A stretch of 64,000 nucleotides of DNA, from the NCBI GenBank assembly GCA_963699755.1, contig CAVOVB010000003.1:32001-96000 (forward strand), written 5' to 3'. This document shows, in pieces, positions 29,802 through 38,421 of this stretch. Source of the stretch: an uncultured delta proteobacterium. GTDB lineage: Bacteria > Myxococcota_A > Polyangia > Polyangiales > Houyiibacteriaceae. The notes beneath the pieces were generated by a model. The model worked only from the letters and a program-made list of their open reading frames with translations. It was not told where the DNA came from and searched no databases. The stretch's first letter is position 1. The number at the start of each line of letters is the position of its first letter. A program made the position numbers and the translations under genes.

Positions 29802-30866
29802 TTAGTCCGGTCGACGGTTCACGTCCGGAAGCTCCTGAAGTAGCCGCTTCGGGGTTCGATCGACGTTGAACAAGCCCCAGTGTTTTTCGGCGCCGAATGG
29901 AGCATCCGGATTCCCTTTCCAAGGCTCGTCGAACGCCTCGAAGAAGAACACCGTCGTATTCGTGTCGCGCGCCCATTTCTGGACCTCGAGATAATGACGC
30001 GCCTGGTTTTCCTCATTCGCCCGGTCCCCAAACTCGTCCGCGATGGTTGCCCAGCCCGCTTCCAAAATCGCAATGGGCTTGTCGGGCAGCGCGGCACGCA
30101 CACCCTCGATGTTTTCGATCGTGTATGGAAGCGCCTCGTCGATGGTCTTACCTTCCCACTCGGCGTAGGTATGGACGCCAAGAAAATCGACCTCGGCCGC
30201 GAGCGCAGCGCCCTCGCGGATCCACCATGCGTAGTTCTCCGCGACGGTCACAGGCTGGTCGATGGCGGCCTTCACAAGCCGGACGTAGGCGATCACCTTT
30301 TTCACTGGCACCATGTGGTCGTTCCAATCGACGAGCGCTTCATTGCCGACGTTGACAGCGACGACGATGTCTTCGAATTTCTGCGCAAGCTTGATACCGC
30401 GGCGCAGCTCGGCGGCATTTCTCCAGGTGTTGGCGGTCAACTCGCTTTCCGGTATCGGCTCATCCAACCAGGGACAGCCCTCGTGGTTGCTGAGCTCAGC
30501 GTCCAGCCAGATGCCCAGCATCACTTTGATCGGGAGCCGGTGCCGCCGAATCAGCTCGAGGGTCAACGAGGAATTCTCACCGGAATCGTAGAGGCGGATC
30601 AGATTGAAATTATGAGCCGCGAGAATCCTGAGGTCCTCGAGGATCTCATCCGCGCTTGGATTTGCGGCGCCGTGACCACGATCCGGATACTGGCCTTGCC
30701 GAAACCCAGAATACGCAATAGCCATGACTTCTCCAGCGATCAATCCGTTCGGCGCCGAGTCCCGAAGCTCCGTCGAGATCGGCGAACGGATTGTGTGGGA
30801 TCCCGAGTAGCATCCGGCGACTGTACTCGTGAGTGCTGCGACTCCTTCTGTTGGTTTCATATCCAT
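29802..30866 (-). CDS. GH17 family glycoside hydrolase
   Basis: AIAYSGFR, LIRLYD, VNVGNEAL, ILEAGWAT, FEAFDEPWKG...EKHWGLF; start overlaps the upstream stop codon. Confidence 0.9.
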   Translation of the reverse strand: MDMKPTEGVAALTSTVAGCYSGSHTIRSPISTELRDSAPNGLIAGEVMAIAYSGFRQGQYPDRGHGAANPSADEILEDLRILAAHNFNLIRLYDSGENSSLTLELIRRHRLPIKVMLGIWLDAELSNHEGCPWLDEPIPESELTANTWRNAAELRRGIKLAQKFEDIVVAVNVGNEALVDWNDHMVPVKKVIAYVRLVKAAIDQPVTVAENYAWWIREGAALAAEVDFLGVHTYAEWEGKTIDEALPYTIENIEGVRAALPDKPIAILEAGWATIADEFGDRANEENQARHYLEVQKWARDTNTTVFFFEAFDEPWKGNPDAPFGAEKHWGLFNVDRTPKRLLQELPDVNRRPD

Positions 30867-32185
30867 CAATACCTGCCGGTTTCTTGTTCGCTGGGGCCAT
30901 TGTAGACCCAATCATCGGTTCGAAAGCTCGCGTCCGCGGCCGCTCCGGGAATCCCCATCACGACGCCGGGTGGCAAGTCGGTGCTGTTCGGACGGACGGC
31001 AGCGCCCTCGAAGACGAACCTGCCGTTGCTAGATGGATTGCCATGTTCCATGGAGTCGAAGACGACGGGCGAGCCGGGCGTGTCGGCCGCGGGCTGCTGG
31101 TACACCCGGACGTAGTCGATGACGTAGTTCTGCGGAAACACGGTGCTGCCGTCCGGATCTCCGGGAAAATTTCCACCAACCGCCAGATTCAAGAGCAGAT
31201 GGAAATCTACGTCGAAAGGCGCAGGGTACGGTCCACCGGTCGAGTACCAATCTGTTCTAGTGGCGTACAGCTTGCCATCCAGACACCAGCGGATTTCGTC
31301 ATCGAGCCACTCGATGGCGTACTCGTGAAAGTCGGTGGCGGTTCCGGTCGGCAGCCGGGTACTGGAACCAGAAAGCTCATTGCCCGGCGCCGTACCGCCG
31401 TAGTGAATAGTGCCGAAGATCTGCTCTGGGTTGCCGCCGCTCGACTCCATGATGTCGATCTCTCCGCAGGCGGCCCACGTACCGTAGATCGACGGGTCGC
31501 TCGAGAACAACCAGAACGCCGGCCACATGCCTTGCCCCACGGGCAGGCGCGCGCGCATTTCGAAGCGTCCGTAGGTCCAGTCGCCGCGCCCGAGCGAGCG
31601 GAGACGCGACGACGTGTAGTTGAAAGGGCCGACGGATTCCTCACGCGCCTGGATGGTCAACACGCCGTTTGCGACCGTGGCGTTGTTGGCGGTGTACCAC
31701 TGCAGCTCGTTGTTGCCCCAGCCTGGAATGCCGAACTGCGATCCGTCGCCGAGCTGAAACTCCCACTTCGATGGATCGACCGCGCTGCCATCGAACTCGT
31801 CCGCCCACACCAGCTCATAATCCGGTAGCGTGAAGCATGGGAGGCCCCCACACTCCACCTCGACGCTCCTGGTCTGGTCGCAGGCTTCGTCGCCCTCGCT
31901 CACCAACACGCTGATCGTTTGTGTCCCAGGCGACCCGCAGCTGTACTCGGTCGACCGCGCTGCCGGATCCCGGAAGGAGCCGCTGGTCGCCGTCAACGCT
32001 GTCGTCATTGGATCGCCATCCGCGTCGCTGACGAGGACCGTGACCGTCGACGACCCAGCTTCTGGAATGTCATCTGGTACTGCGATCAAGGAATCGATTC
32101 TCGGGCAACGATTGGGTTCGCTTGCGCATCCCAGTAGTGCACTAGCCGCAAGCACGACCGTTGTCGTTAGAGGTAAATGCTTCAT
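30866..32185 (-). CDS. GH16 laminarinase-like lipoprotein with N-terminal Ig/PKD-like domain
   Basis: LLGC lipobox; LVWADEFDG, GWGNNELQWY, YGRFEMRARLP, GEIDIME, LNLAVGGNFPG. Confidence 0.92.
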   Translation of the reverse strand: MKHLPLTTTVVLAASALLGCASEPNRCPRIDSLIAVPDDIPEAGSSTVTVLVSDADGDPMTTALTATSGSFRDPAARSTEYSCGSPGTQTISVLVSEGDEACDQTRSVEVECGGLPCFTLPDYELVWADEFDGSAVDPSKWEFQLGDGSQFGIPGWGNNELQWYTANNATVANGVLTIQAREESVGPFNYTSSRLRSLGRGDWTYGRFEMRARLPVGQGMWPAFWLFSSDPSIYGTWAACGEIDIMESSGGNPEQIFGTIHYGGTAPGNELSGSSTRLPTGTATDFHEYAIEWLDDEIRWCLDGKLYATRTDWYSTGGPYPAPFDVDFHLLLNLAVGGNFPGDPDGSTVFPQNYVIDYVRVYQQPAADTPGSPVVFDSMEHGNPSSNGRFVFEGAAVRPNSTDLPPGVVMGIPGAAADASFRTDDWVYNGPSEQETGRY

Positions 32186-32235
32186 TCAAGAGCAATAGAT
32201 GTTTCATAGAGCAGTCGAGGAAAGGCGAAAGAGAG

Positions 32236-32256
32236 TTTGTTCGAGAGGCGAACAAA
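32236..32256. promoter_or_regulatory. Putative ROK-repressor operator upstream of GH16-GH17
   Basis: TTTGTTCG-AGAGG-CGAACAAA perfect palindrome. Confidence 0.75.
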
Positions 32257-32338
32257 GTTCTGTCCAAAGAGCTGGATGCCGAATTCTCCCAAAAAGGTCA
32301 AGGAAAATCTCATTGCGCTGCGCGAACGGACCCTGGTT

Positions 32339-33850
32339 TCATGGAAAAAGGGACGCACGGTCCACATCGCTGACTGAAACGGCGCCGCGCCGCCGCTCGA
32401 GCTCAGCCCGGACCTCGTGAGCCTTTTCTTCAGTGATTTCGTAGGAGGCAACGATCCAAATGGCGACCGCCGAGGAGATCATGGGCACCAAGATATCGCA
32501 CAGACGCATCCCGAGGAGTGTCCCGTCGCTCTGGGCCCCTTCGAGCGCTACGTCAAAGCCGGTCGCCTCGAGCAGGAAGCCGCCGCCGGCGAGCGCGGCA
32601 GCCATTCCGAGCTTGACCACCCACCAGTAGATGGAGCCAAACATGCCTTCTCGACGTTCGTGCGTTTCGAGCTCATCGAGGTCGACGACGTCGGCGATCA
32701 TGGACCCCATCAAGGTGAAGAGCCCACCGAGGCCGAACGCCATCAAGGGCGCAGGCAGAAGGAGAAGCCATGGAATCTCTGGGTTGTAGCACCACCACTT
32801 GAGAGCGTAGCCCACGATGGAGACCCCGGTCGCGGCGAAGAACGCGCGACGTTTGCCGATCTTGGTGGCGAGCCAGGTGACCAACACGATGACGAAGAAG
32901 GTGCCAGCCGCCGATAGGGTGCCGGAGTAGCCGACGTACTCTGCGCCCAAGACCTTGTCGCCCCCGAATACGTAATAGATGATGACGTAGAACTGAAACG
33001 AGGAGATCAACATGAAGCCGTTGAACACCAAGAAGGTCGCGGCGCAGAGCTTGAGGAAGGGCCGGAAGCGCAGGGTTGCGACGAACCCCTTGAAAAAGTC
33101 GAGCATGCTGGCGACGAGGGGGTTTTGCTCGGTTCTCCGTTTCCGCCTGTCGGCTCGGTCGGCTTCGTAGAGGTGCGCTACGGCATCTGCGCGGTAGGGC
33201 TCCTTCAAGAAGATCGCTGGCAGGATGCCGATGCCCGCGGTGAGCGCGCCGATCAGGATGGCCAGCCCCGCCGCCCCGCTCACCATGTCGTCGAAAAACA
33301 GCTCGTACTGCATGAAAAGCAGGAACCAAGGAGAGATGACGTAGGCGAGTTGACTGAAAAAGTTCTGCACGCCCATCAGCCGGGTACGTTCATGATAGTC
33401 GGGCGTCAGCTCGAACCCGAGTGCCACCCAAGGCGTCGCAAAGACCGTGTACGCCAAGTAGAAAATTACCGAGACAATGAGAAAGAACCAGAAATAGAAG
33501 CTATCGCTTCGCCCTTCGGGCAGCTGCCAGAGCAGGGCGTAGAGGAGTCCAGCGGCAATGGCGCCCCCGAAGATATAAGGCCGTCGCCGTCCCCACCTCG
33601 AGCGCGTGTGGTCGGAGATGTAGCCCATCAAGGGGTCGGTCAAGGCATCCGTGAGCCGCGGCAGGGCGCCGAGCAGGCCCACGAGCCAGGGGCTCATACC
33701 GAGCCCGAGATTCAACACGATGATCATGCCGCCACTCGCGGCCGCCAGGAGATTGTTGACGAAGCCGCCCAAGCCGTAGATCAGCTTGCGCGGTAACGAG
33801 ATGCGGTCCTCGGGCGCGGTCTCGTAGTGCTTCAAACCCGAGGCTTTCAC
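32339..33850 (-). CDS. Glycoside-pentoside-hexuronide (GPH/MFS_2) oligosaccharide transporter; start uncertain
   Basis: DALTDPLMGYISDHTRSRWGRRRPY, ELTPDYHERT, MIADVVDLDE...RREGMF. Confidence 0.9.
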   Translation of the reverse strand: MKASGLKHYETAPEDRISLPRKLIYGLGGFVNNLLAAASGGMIIVLNLGLGMSPWLVGLLGALPRLTDALTDPLMGYISDHTRSRWGRRRPYIFGGAIAAGLLYALLWQLPEGRSDSFYFWFFLIVSVIFYLAYTVFATPWVALGFELTPDYHERTRLMGVQNFFSQLAYVISPWFLLFMQYELFFDDMVSGAAGLAILIGALTAGIGILPAIFLKEPYRADAVAHLYEADRADRRKRRTEQNPLVASMLDFFKGFVATLRFRPFLKLCAATFLVFNGFMLISSFQFYVIIYYVFGGDKVLGAEYVGYSGTLSAAGTFFVIVLVTWLATKIGKRRAFFAATGVSIVGYALKWWCYNPEIPWLLLLPAPLMAFGLGGLFTLMGSMIADVVDLDELETHERREGMFGSIYWWVVKLGMAAALAGGGFLLEATGFDVALEGAQSDGTLLGMRLCDILVPMISSAVAIWIVASYEITEEKAHEVRAELERRRGAVSVSDVDRASLFP

Positions 33851-33887
33851 TGGGCACGCTCGAAGATGAGCGCATTGGCAGTGCAGT

Positions 33888-35126
33888 TCATAGGACTTTT
33901 CCTGATCGGGTGATGAACAGGGTCGGTGTTTCGAGTGCGCCCTGCAAGACGAGGGTCGCGGCGCCCACTGCAATGCCCCATTCGTTTAAGCCCGTCGTTC
34001 GGATCTCGGCATTCGAGATCGACGCAGGCAACGAGAGGCCACGAATGGTCCGGTGCACGGCATCGAGCAGCAGGTCGCTTGCGCGCGTGATGCCGCCACC
34101 GAGCACGACTGTCTCCGGATTCAGGAGGTTCAGCATGTTGGCGATCCCGATGCCGAGCTTTTCGCCGGCATACTGAACTGATTCGACGGACATCGGATCG
34201 CCATCTAATGCAGCGTTGACCAGCTCGTCAATTCCCGTGGGTGCGGGGCGATCCGAGCCCTTTGCGCGCAGCTCGTCTTTCGCGCGTTCAAGAAGAGCTG
34301 GGGTGCCGATGAACGTGGTGAGGCACCCCTTGAGGCCACAGACGCATTGGGGCCCGTTCGGGTCGATGGACGTGTGGCCTATTTCGCCCGCTATGCCGCC
34401 GCTACCCCGAAAAATGCGGCCGTTGATGATCAAGCCAGCGCCGATCCCGGTCGCGACCTTGATGTACGCGAGATCTTTGACCGAGGAGCCGGCGCCCCAC
34501 CAAAGCTCGGCAAGCGCACCGAGATTGGCGTCGTTGTCGACGAAGACGGGTCGCTTGAAGCTCGCTTCGAGATGGGTGGCAATGTTGTAGCCCTCCCACG
34601 TTGGCACGACGAGCGGCAGGAGCTCCCCAGGTCGTTCCGCATCCACGGGACTTGGGACAGCGACGCCGATCGCGAGCACCTGCGATGCTTGCACACCCTC
34701 TGCCTCGAGGATGGAGCGCACCCCCATCGTCATCTTCTTCAGCGCGACGTCGGGTTCATCGCGCACCGGAGCGGGAGCAGACCAAGAAGCTCGGACCTTG
34801 CAGCGTAGGTCCGTCAAGACACATGAAACATGCGTTGCGCCAAGCTCGATCCCGACGATGAAGCTCGATTGGTCTCGGAACTCGAGCATGATAGGACGGC
34901 GTCCGCCGCTGGACATCCCAGTTCGAGCCTCTTGGACCAAGCCCTTGCTCAGCAGGTCGCTCACAATGGCCGACACCGTCGAGCGACTCAGGCTCGTAAG
35001 CCGAGCGAGCTCCGCACGGGAAATTTCGCGCTGCTCCCAGAGTAGATTCAGAATGAGTCGGCTGTGTCGCGCCCGCATCGTGGACGCGTCCAGCACTTCG
35101 TGGGCGGTTTGACGGGCATTTTCCAT
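33888..35126 (-). CDS. ROK family transcriptional repressor (NagC/XylR-like)
   Basis: N-terminal HTH ISRAELARLTSLSRSTVS, GGRRP, NDANLGALAE, GEIGHT, CVCGLKGCL. Confidence 0.95.
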   Translation of the reverse strand: MENARQTAHEVLDASTMRARHSRLILNLLWEQREISRAELARLTSLSRSTVSAIVSDLLSKGLVQEARTGMSSGGRRPIMLEFRDQSSFIVGIELGATHVSCVLTDLRCKVRASWSAPAPVRDEPDVALKKMTMGVRSILEAEGVQASQVLAIGVAVPSPVDAERPGELLPLVVPTWEGYNIATHLEASFKRPVFVDNDANLGALAELWWGAGSSVKDLAYIKVATGIGAGLIINGRIFRGSGGIAGEIGHTSIDPNGPQCVCGLKGCLTTFIGTPALLERAKDELRAKGSDRPAPTGIDELVNAALDGDPMSVESVQYAGEKLGIGIANMLNLLNPETVVLGGGITRASDLLLDAVHRTIRGLSLPASISNAEIRTTGLNEWGIAVGAATLVLQGALETPTLFITRSGKVL

Positions 35127-35208
35127 CGGCGATCGTATGAAGGCTCTCCTCTAAGGACGTGTGTGACAATCACCGCGGGGGGTAGGCGGCCGCTACGCCT
35201 TAACCGGC

Positions 35209-35229
35209 TTCGTTCATTCACCGAACGAA
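35209..35229. promoter_or_regulatory. Putative ROK operator upstream of the ROK gene (autoregulation)
   Basis: TTCGTTCA-TTCAC-CGAACGAA; minus-strand TTGACA at 35250-35255, about 20 bp upstream. Confidence 0.65.
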
Positions 35230-35277
35230 CTACGTGTGCGGCTGGAAGATGTCAAGACCGCGTCCGGTCGCGTTGGT

Positions 35278-38200
35278 TCAAGGCAAAGGGTCGTAGTAAC
35301 CGGCGCCGTCATATAGCGGGACGTTGCAGGGGGAGGCGCCCGGTACTGGCGTGTCGCATAGCGCATAGAGCGGCATTCGGAGCTCGTCCCAAAGGCCCCA
35401 GGCATCGTCCGTGCCCTTCCAGGCTTCGTCGAAGGCTTCGAAATCGAAGATGGTCAGAGGCCCGCCGGCGGATCTCTCCCAGGTTCGGAGTAGGTCGTCG
35501 TACCACTTTGCGTTCACCTCGCTCGCGGCATACTGCTCAATTTCTTGGCTGGGGGCGGTCTGCCGCCACTTCCAGCCGGTCTCGCCGATCACGATTGGCA
35601 ACGACTGACCGATTGTCGATCCATTGAACGGGTAATCGTAGACGGCCTGGTAGTTGTCCTGGGCTTTGACGAGCGAGGCGTTCATCATGGCCGCCGCTCG
35701 CGACGGGCCGGCCGGAACCCCTTCCTGCTTCCAGTCCCATTGCTGGTAGTTGAGGAAGGGGTAGGTATGGATCGACACGAAGTCGATGAGCGGAAGGACG
35801 GTGTCCGGCTTTCGGGCAAACGTGCCGGCGTAGAAGGTGTAGTCATCGTCCGCCGTGACCGGCTGCGTCACGTTGTTTCGGGTCTGGGTGATATAGCCCT
35901 CGAGGCAGTTCAACGGCATAAACGCGGCGAAGAACGATGTCTCGTTACCGACGCTCACCGTGACGACGCTGGAATAGGTATTGGCCAGTTGAATTGCGGT
36001 TGCGACCTGGGAGTCGTTGACCGCGCTCTGGCACAAGTTGGCGGGAGGGCCCGGGGCGAGGCCCTCGAGGAACAGCCCCTGCTGGAAGCGCATTTCAGGG
36101 AAGTTCGCCGCTGCGAGCCGCAAAATCTTCTCGGACACAGGGTCCGCGCCGAACAAGCGCAAGAGGTTGTAGCCGGCGGTCTGCAAGAGGGCGAGGTCTT
36201 CGAGGATGTCGGCGTCACTCGGTATTTCCGGGGGTTGGACCTCTGGCCCCTGCGCCCGGTACGGGCTGTAGTTGATCGCCTTGCCGGTCGTGTAGATGTC
36301 CGGGAGGGGGCGCAGCTCGATACCCGGGCCACCAGCACCACCGCATCCATCTGGACCGAGAGTGATGTTGTCGTAGAAGATCCCTGAGCCGTTGAAGTTC
36401 GTGGCCCTGCTCTGGAAGCCGATCTGCAAGACCTGGCCGACGAGCTCCGGAATGATTGGCAAGCTGATGGTGAACGTATCCCAGGTGTCCGGGAGGTTCG
36501 TCGTATCGACGGGGATGTTGTTGGTCGTGTTCGAGCCCGCGATCGTCTTGATGAACGCTGCCGCGGTCGTGGGCGGGACGATGTTGCCCTTCTTCGCATC
36601 GAAGGTGAACACGATCGTCGTTCCGACATCGCTGGCTACGATGGGGAACTCTTGGAACACGACGGCTTCGATGATGTTCCCGGCCGCGTGATCTGCGTTG
36701 TTGTAGTCGTTGTAGATCGACAGCTGCTGAGCACCTTGCGCGGGACCGCCTTCCCCGACAGCGACTGCAGAGAATGCGGGGCCACCGTTCGGAGCCGGGA
36801 ACGCGAAGTAGTTGTAGAGGAACGTGGTGCCGTCTGGCCCGAACACGTTCGCGCCGACCACCCATCCGTCGGTGGACAAGGAGTTCGGCACAGGCTGGGG
36901 CGGGTCCCCTGGCGTGAGCAACTCGAAGTCTTGCTCGTAGAGGCAAGCAATGACCACTCCCTCACAGACGTTGTTGACGCAGGTCTCGCCGCTCGCGCAC
37001 TGCGCATCGGTGTTGCACTCGACGCAAGCACCCTGGCCGTCGCAAACGCCAGGGCTGCCACCGAGGTCGCAACCCGTGTTGATGCCGTCGTTCTGTGCGT
37101 TGCACGAACCATTGGCCGGGTCACAAACGTCCGTCTGGCACTCGATGCCGTTGTCCGGGCAGGTGTCGGGGGTGCAAAGGCCTTCGCAGACGCCCGCGTT
37201 GCAGGTGCCGGGGAAGCCGCCGGTCGTGCACTGGTTGTTGTCGTTGTTGGTGAACTCGCACGCGCCGGCGACGCAGGCGTTGTCGGTGCAGGCGTTGTTG
37301 TCTTCACAGTCGCTGTTCACGGTGCAAGCGACGCAGTTGCCTTGACCGTCGCAGGTCCCGCCGGACGGCGGTGAGCAGGCGTTGCCCGCTGCAGAGCCCG
37401 GGTCAGGCGTGCAGATCGGTTGGTTGTTCGCATCTGCGGAACACACCTCGGGGCTGCACACGTTGCTCTGGTTGCAGGGGTCAGGCGAGCAATTGTCGAT
37501 GTCCTGACAGTTGTCGTCGCAGAAGATGCCGTCGGGCGGGTCGCAGTCTTCGCCTGGGTCGATCTGTCCGTTGCCGCATCCCGAGGCCACCGTGCAGTCG
37601 ACGGCGATCGTCGAGCGGGCCGCGCCATTGTTGCTGCCGTCGGGCAGAAGGCCGGTACAGCTCGTAAACCCGTCATCGGAGACCGCGACGATGATTTCGC
37701 AGAGCCCGACGCCGGTGCACTCCACGGTGTTGGCCACCGCTTCGCATCCGCTGACCGTCTCACAGCTTGCGGCCGTATTGCCGTTGCTGCTCTGGACGTT
37801 GCCGCACGCGCCTACCGCTTGCACGCCAACCGTCACTTCATCGCCGTCCGGGTCGTAGACCTCGGTGCGCACGTCGACGAGATTGCCGATCGATTGCGTC
37901 GTCGGGGTGACGAGGATCTGCCTGTACTCCGCACACTGGTTGAAGGTGCCGTCCGCACGGACGCCGCCATATCGCGGCGTGTGGATGCAGGCCAGGACCA
38001 CTTCCCCCACAGTGGTCGCGTTGGTGTTGACCACGACCGTGAGCTCGCCTGTGCACTCGGTGTTTCCGGTGTTCGAGGCGGCCGTAAACATGAAGGTGCA
38101 AGGTCCAGCGGGCAGGCCCTGCTTCTCAAAGAGGCCGATGGTGTTCTTCGGCTCCGGTCCTTGCGAGGTGGACGTGTTGATGGTGAACATTTCGGGCGAG

Positions 38201-38421
38201 CTTTGCGGAGGCCGCGGGACGCCCAAGACGGGGTCGATGCCGGCGCACCACAAGGAAACGTTGACTTCGTCGATCTGCTCGTTGGGGCCCGAGGGCGGGG
38301 TCGCGAGCGTGACGGTCATGTCGACATTGCCGATGCCCGCCGGTTCGCTTTGCTCCGAGCTACAGCCTGTAAGTACCGCCGTAAGCATGACCGCTATGGC
38401 TAGCGCCGATAGATATCTCAT
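35278..38421 (-). CDS. Large surface lipoprotein: Cys-rich stalk, domain X, C-terminal GH17 domain
   Basis: LTGC lipobox; CGNGQIDPGEDCD Cys-rich repeats; C-terminal AINYSPYR, VSVGNE, IGETGW, FEAFDEAWKG. Confidence 0.88.
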   Translation of the reverse strand: MRYLSALAIAVMLTAVLTGCSSEQSEPAGIGNVDMTVTLATPPSGPNEQIDEVNVSLWCAGIDPVLGVPRPPQSSPEMFTINTSTSQGPEPKNTIGLFEKQGLPAGPCTFMFTAASNTGNTECTGELTVVVNTNATTVGEVVLACIHTPRYGGVRADGTFNQCAEYRQILVTPTTQSIGNLVDVRTEVYDPDGDEVTVGVQAVGACGNVQSSNGNTAASCETVSGCEAVANTVECTGVGLCEIIVAVSDDGFTSCTGLLPDGSNNGAARSTIAVDCTVASGCGNGQIDPGEDCDPPDGIFCDDNCQDIDNCSPDPCNQSNVCSPEVCSADANNQPICTPDPGSAAGNACSPPSGGTCDGQGNCVACTVNSDCEDNNACTDNACVAGACEFTNNDNNQCTTGGFPGTCNAGVCEGLCTPDTCPDNGIECQTDVCDPANGSCNAQNDGINTGCDLGGSPGVCDGQGACVECNTDAQCASGETCVNNVCEGVVIACLYEQDFELLTPGDPPQPVPNSLSTDGWVVGANVFGPDGTTFLYNYFAFPAPNGGPAFSAVAVGEGGPAQGAQQLSIYNDYNNADHAAGNIIEAVVFQEFPIVASDVGTTIVFTFDAKKGNIVPPTTAAAFIKTIAGSNTTNNIPVDTTNLPDTWDTFTISLPIIPELVGQVLQIGFQSRATNFNGSGIFYDNITLGPDGCGGAGGPGIELRPLPDIYTTGKAINYSPYRAQGPEVQPPEIPSDADILEDLALLQTAGYNLLRLFGADPVSEKILRLAAANFPEMRFQQGLFLEGLAPGPPANLCQSAVNDSQVATAIQLANTYSSVVTVSVGNETSFFAAFMPLNCLEGYITQTRNNVTQPVTADDDYTFYAGTFARKPDTVLPLIDFVSIHTYPFLNYQQWDWKQEGVPAGPSRAAAMMNASLVKAQDNYQAVYDYPFNGSTIGQSLPIVIGETGWKWRQTAPSQEIEQYAASEVNAKWYDDLLRTWERSAGGPLTIFDFEAFDEAWKGTDDAWGLWDELRMPLYALCDTPVPGASPCNVPLYDGAGYYDPLP

